Below, piece after piece: positions 30,340 to 32,000 of a DNA stretch of 32,000 nt. The stretch is taken from the sequence record MT708547.1; one strand, 5' to 3'. The stretch is from Klebsiella phage Muenster. The position numbers were made by a program, and so were the translations under genes. Within the stretch, counting starts at the first letter, position 1. Each line of letters opens with the position of its first letter. The notes beneath the pieces were generated by a model that saw nothing but the letters and a program-made list of their open reading frames with translations, was not told the origin of the DNA and searched no databases.

Positions 30340-30648
30340 ATGTCTCATCCATTATTTGATGCCAGTGATTTTACAGATAAGGAATTATATGCTAAAATTA
30401 ATGAGCAAATTTTACGTATAGCAAAAGCACGCTCGATTGGTATGAGTGAATCAGTAATTAGTCAAATGCAGATGCTTTTGGATTCTTATTATACAGAAAT
30501 TGAAAACAGATCAACCAAAAAGGTTATAAGTAAAATGGAAGATTCAGATCCTTGTGTGTTTGATTTGAGTTCATATCTGGAAGACAACGACGGTGTGAAG
30601 AAGAAAAATGAAAGTACAGGGAAACAGATATATAAGTCCCAATGGTGA
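30340..30648 (+). CDS. hypothetical protein (102 aa)
   Basis: Starts after aaaaaggagtgtata RBS. Confidence 0.65.
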   Translation: MSHPLFDASDFTDKELYAKINEQILRIAKARSIGMSESVISQMQMLLDSYYTEIENRSTKKVISKMEDSDPCVFDLSSYLEDNDGVKKKNESTGKQIYKSQW

Positions 30649-31126
30649 TGTTAAATGTAATCTAAATGCAGTAGTTTATGCCATTAATTGTGGTGCTGAT
30701 ATTCAGTACTTGCAATTAATGGATTTGGATGAAAGAGAAAGATTACTTTTCAATGATAACTGTAAGAAGTTTGGTTTAGAACAACGTATGTTGGACTACA
30801 CAATAGATCATGAACGTAATCATGAATTATGGTGCTATGATCCATTCTATGATAAAATCAACCTCAAAGAGTTCTTTTTGAGTAAATGTGAAACGCCAGA
30901 AGCAAGAGAGCGAGTTCTTTATGAACTGGAATTGTATGAATTTTACAATATGTCCAAATTACTTCGTTGTATGATTTGGTTGGTTGATTACTTTAAAGAA
31001 AATAATATCTTTTGGGGTTTGGGTCGTGGTAGTTCAGTATCATCTTATTGTTTATTTTTGATTGGATTACATTTGGTGGATTCGTTGAAATACGATTTAG
31101 ATGTTAATGAATTTTTGAAATATTGA
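30608..31126 (+). CDS. DNA polymerase III alpha (DnaE/PolC)-like fragment, no catalytic residues visible
   Basis: ARERVLYELELYEFYNMSKLLRCMIWLVDYFKENNIFWGLGRGSSVSSYCLFLIGLHLVDSLKYDLDVNEFLKY resembles the PolIII alpha palm-entry pattern (E..I....G...YFLI..D......+......GPGRGSAAGSLV.Y.LGIT..DPL.Y.L.FERFLN). Confidence 0.6.
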   Translation: MKVQGNRYISPNGDVKCNLNAVVYAINCGADIQYLQLMDLDERERLLFNDNCKKFGLEQRMLDYTIDHERNHELWCYDPFYDKINLKEFFLSKCETPEARERVLYELELYEFYNMSKLLRCMIWLVDYFKENNIFWGLGRGSSVSSYCLFLIGLHLVDSLKYDLDVNEFLKY

Positions 31127-31129
31127 TTT

Positions 31130-31158
31130 TTGAACAAAAATCACAAAAATGATATAAT
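31130..31158 (+). promoter_or_regulatory. putative sigma70-type promoter TTGAAC-N17-TATAAT
   Basis: GATTTTTGAACAAAAATCACAAAAATGATATAAT. Confidence 0.75.
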
Positions 31159-31190
31159 AAAGAAAACAATTAATAAAAAGGATTTTTAAA

Positions 31191-31550
31191 ATGGTAAAGC
31201 ACGTATCTTATCGTGGTAAAGTTGTTGATATGGAATTACTTAAATCACAAAACCAATATAAAGCTGCAATTGGTAATGCACAACTAAATGCTCGCGGCGA
31301 TAAAATTGGTCGAGGTGGTACGGTCATTAAAACGCGTGAACAATTGATGCAAGAACGTGAAGCTGCACTACAGGTTCCTGATTTTATTCCAGTACAGAAT
31401 TCTTCCAGTACTGAATATTCAACTGAATGGGATGATTCACAATTTAATGCATTTCCTGACATTACGGAATCACCACAAGAAGCACCAGCAGAAGTTCAGA
31501 CGAAAAAAGCTGCACCACGTAGGACAAAAAAGGGTTCAAGTAATGAGTGA
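31191..31550 (+). CDS. hypothetical protein, basic C-terminus (119 aa)
   Basis: First ORF downstream of the promoter at 31130, preceded by aaaaaggattt. Confidence 0.6.
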   Translation: MVKHVSYRGKVVDMELLKSQNQYKAAIGNAQLNARGDKIGRGGTVIKTREQLMQEREAALQVPDFIPVQNSSSTEYSTEWDDSQFNAFPDITESPQEAPAEVQTKKAAPRRTKKGSSNE

Positions 31551-31875
31551 TAAAGTATTGAAAGCATGTAGAGGTAAAGTACTCGTAACTGATTTGGAAG
31601 TAGGTGAGCGAGTAACAAATGGTGGTATTGTTTTAACTAATGACAACGGTCGCAGTCGAGGCATTCGTTCCCGATGGGCTAAAGTTTATTCAATTGGTGA
31701 AGGTGTAACTGGTATTGAAGAAGGTCAATGGATTTTAATTGATCATGGTCGATGGAGCCGCACTATTGAAGTTGACGGTATTAAACTAAATCTAGTTGAT
31801 TATCCAGCTTCAGTGATGTTAGTGTCAGATGACGACCCACGCCAGCGTTGCACTTCATTTAGTTATTTTTCTTAA
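31543..31875 (+). CDS. 31: GroES/T4 gp31-like cochaperonin
   Basis: MSDKVLKACRGKVLVTDLEVGERVTNGGIVLTNDNGRSRGIRSRWAKVYSIGEGVTGIEEGQWILIDHGRWSRTIEVDGIKLNLVDYPASVMLV has the GroES pattern including a mobile-loop-like segment. Start is ATG 31543, not 31357. Confidence 0.75.
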   Translation: MSDKVLKACRGKVLVTDLEVGERVTNGGIVLTNDNGRSRGIRSRWAKVYSIGEGVTGIEEGQWILIDHGRWSRTIEVDGIKLNLVDYPASVMLVSDDDPRQRCTSFSYFS

Positions 31876-31883
31876 TATTATTA

Positions 31884-31914
31884 AAAGTCCAGAATATTCT
31901 GGACTTTATTTTTT
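31884..31914 (+). terminator. rho-independent terminator
   Basis: AAAGTCCAGAATATTCTGGACTTT palindrome, then a T-rich tract. Confidence 0.8.
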
Positions 31915-31926
31915 AATGAGGAAAAT

Positions 31927-32000
31927 ATGATAACACCAGAAGGACAATTCAGCTTCAAAGATATTATATTAGTGGCAAAAAATAATAGATTTATGCTGGA
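31927..32000 (+). CDS. 5' end of a gene running off the window
   Basis: ATG at 31927 (MITPEGQFSFKDIILVAKNNRFML) after aatgaggaaaat. Confidence 0.5.
   Translation, partial: MITPEGQFSFKDIILVAKNNRFML

Noticed and set aside
31357-31542. N-terminal extension of the gp31-like ORF
   Set aside because: It lies within the 31191..31550 gene in another frame. The GroES-like domain starts at ATG 31543.

Overview
This 32 kb, AT-rich, almost unidirectional window looks like part of a large T4-superfamily-like (jumbo-type) enterobacterial myophage genome. The replication and nucleotide-metabolism core is recognisable by motif: C-terminus of a DnaB/gp41-like helicase, a PD-(D/E)XK exonuclease, nrdA and nrdB, a MazG/PRA-PH-like pyrophosphohydrolase, DHFR, a Dda-like helicase, type II topoisomerase large and medium subunits, and a GroES/gp31-like cochaperonin. 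Structural candidates are an Mtd-N-like short protein and a 775 aa tail/baseplate-like protein. The less ordinary content is: (i) a probable host-takeover cluster with a full-length translation initiation factor IF3 homologue immediately followed by a ClpS-like adaptor, plus a YggL-like protein elsewhere; (ii) a minus-strand tandem pair of divergent T4 gpT-like holin candidates, the only convincing reverse-strand genes; (iii) a stand-alone Mom-like acyltransferase, with three homing-endonuclease-like proteins whose C-terminal domains look related to it; (iv) a stand-alone fragment resembling the GRGS region of DNA polymerase III alpha without the catalytic part; (v) a repeated promoter element TTTTTGAAC(A)-N17/18-TATAAT at four operon starts; (vi) strong overuse of the palindrome AGTACT, roughly 70 hand-counted copies against about 11 expected, in all reading frames and depleted in the 14.6-18.1 kb module. 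All protein calls come from recognition of motifs in the translations, with no database search.
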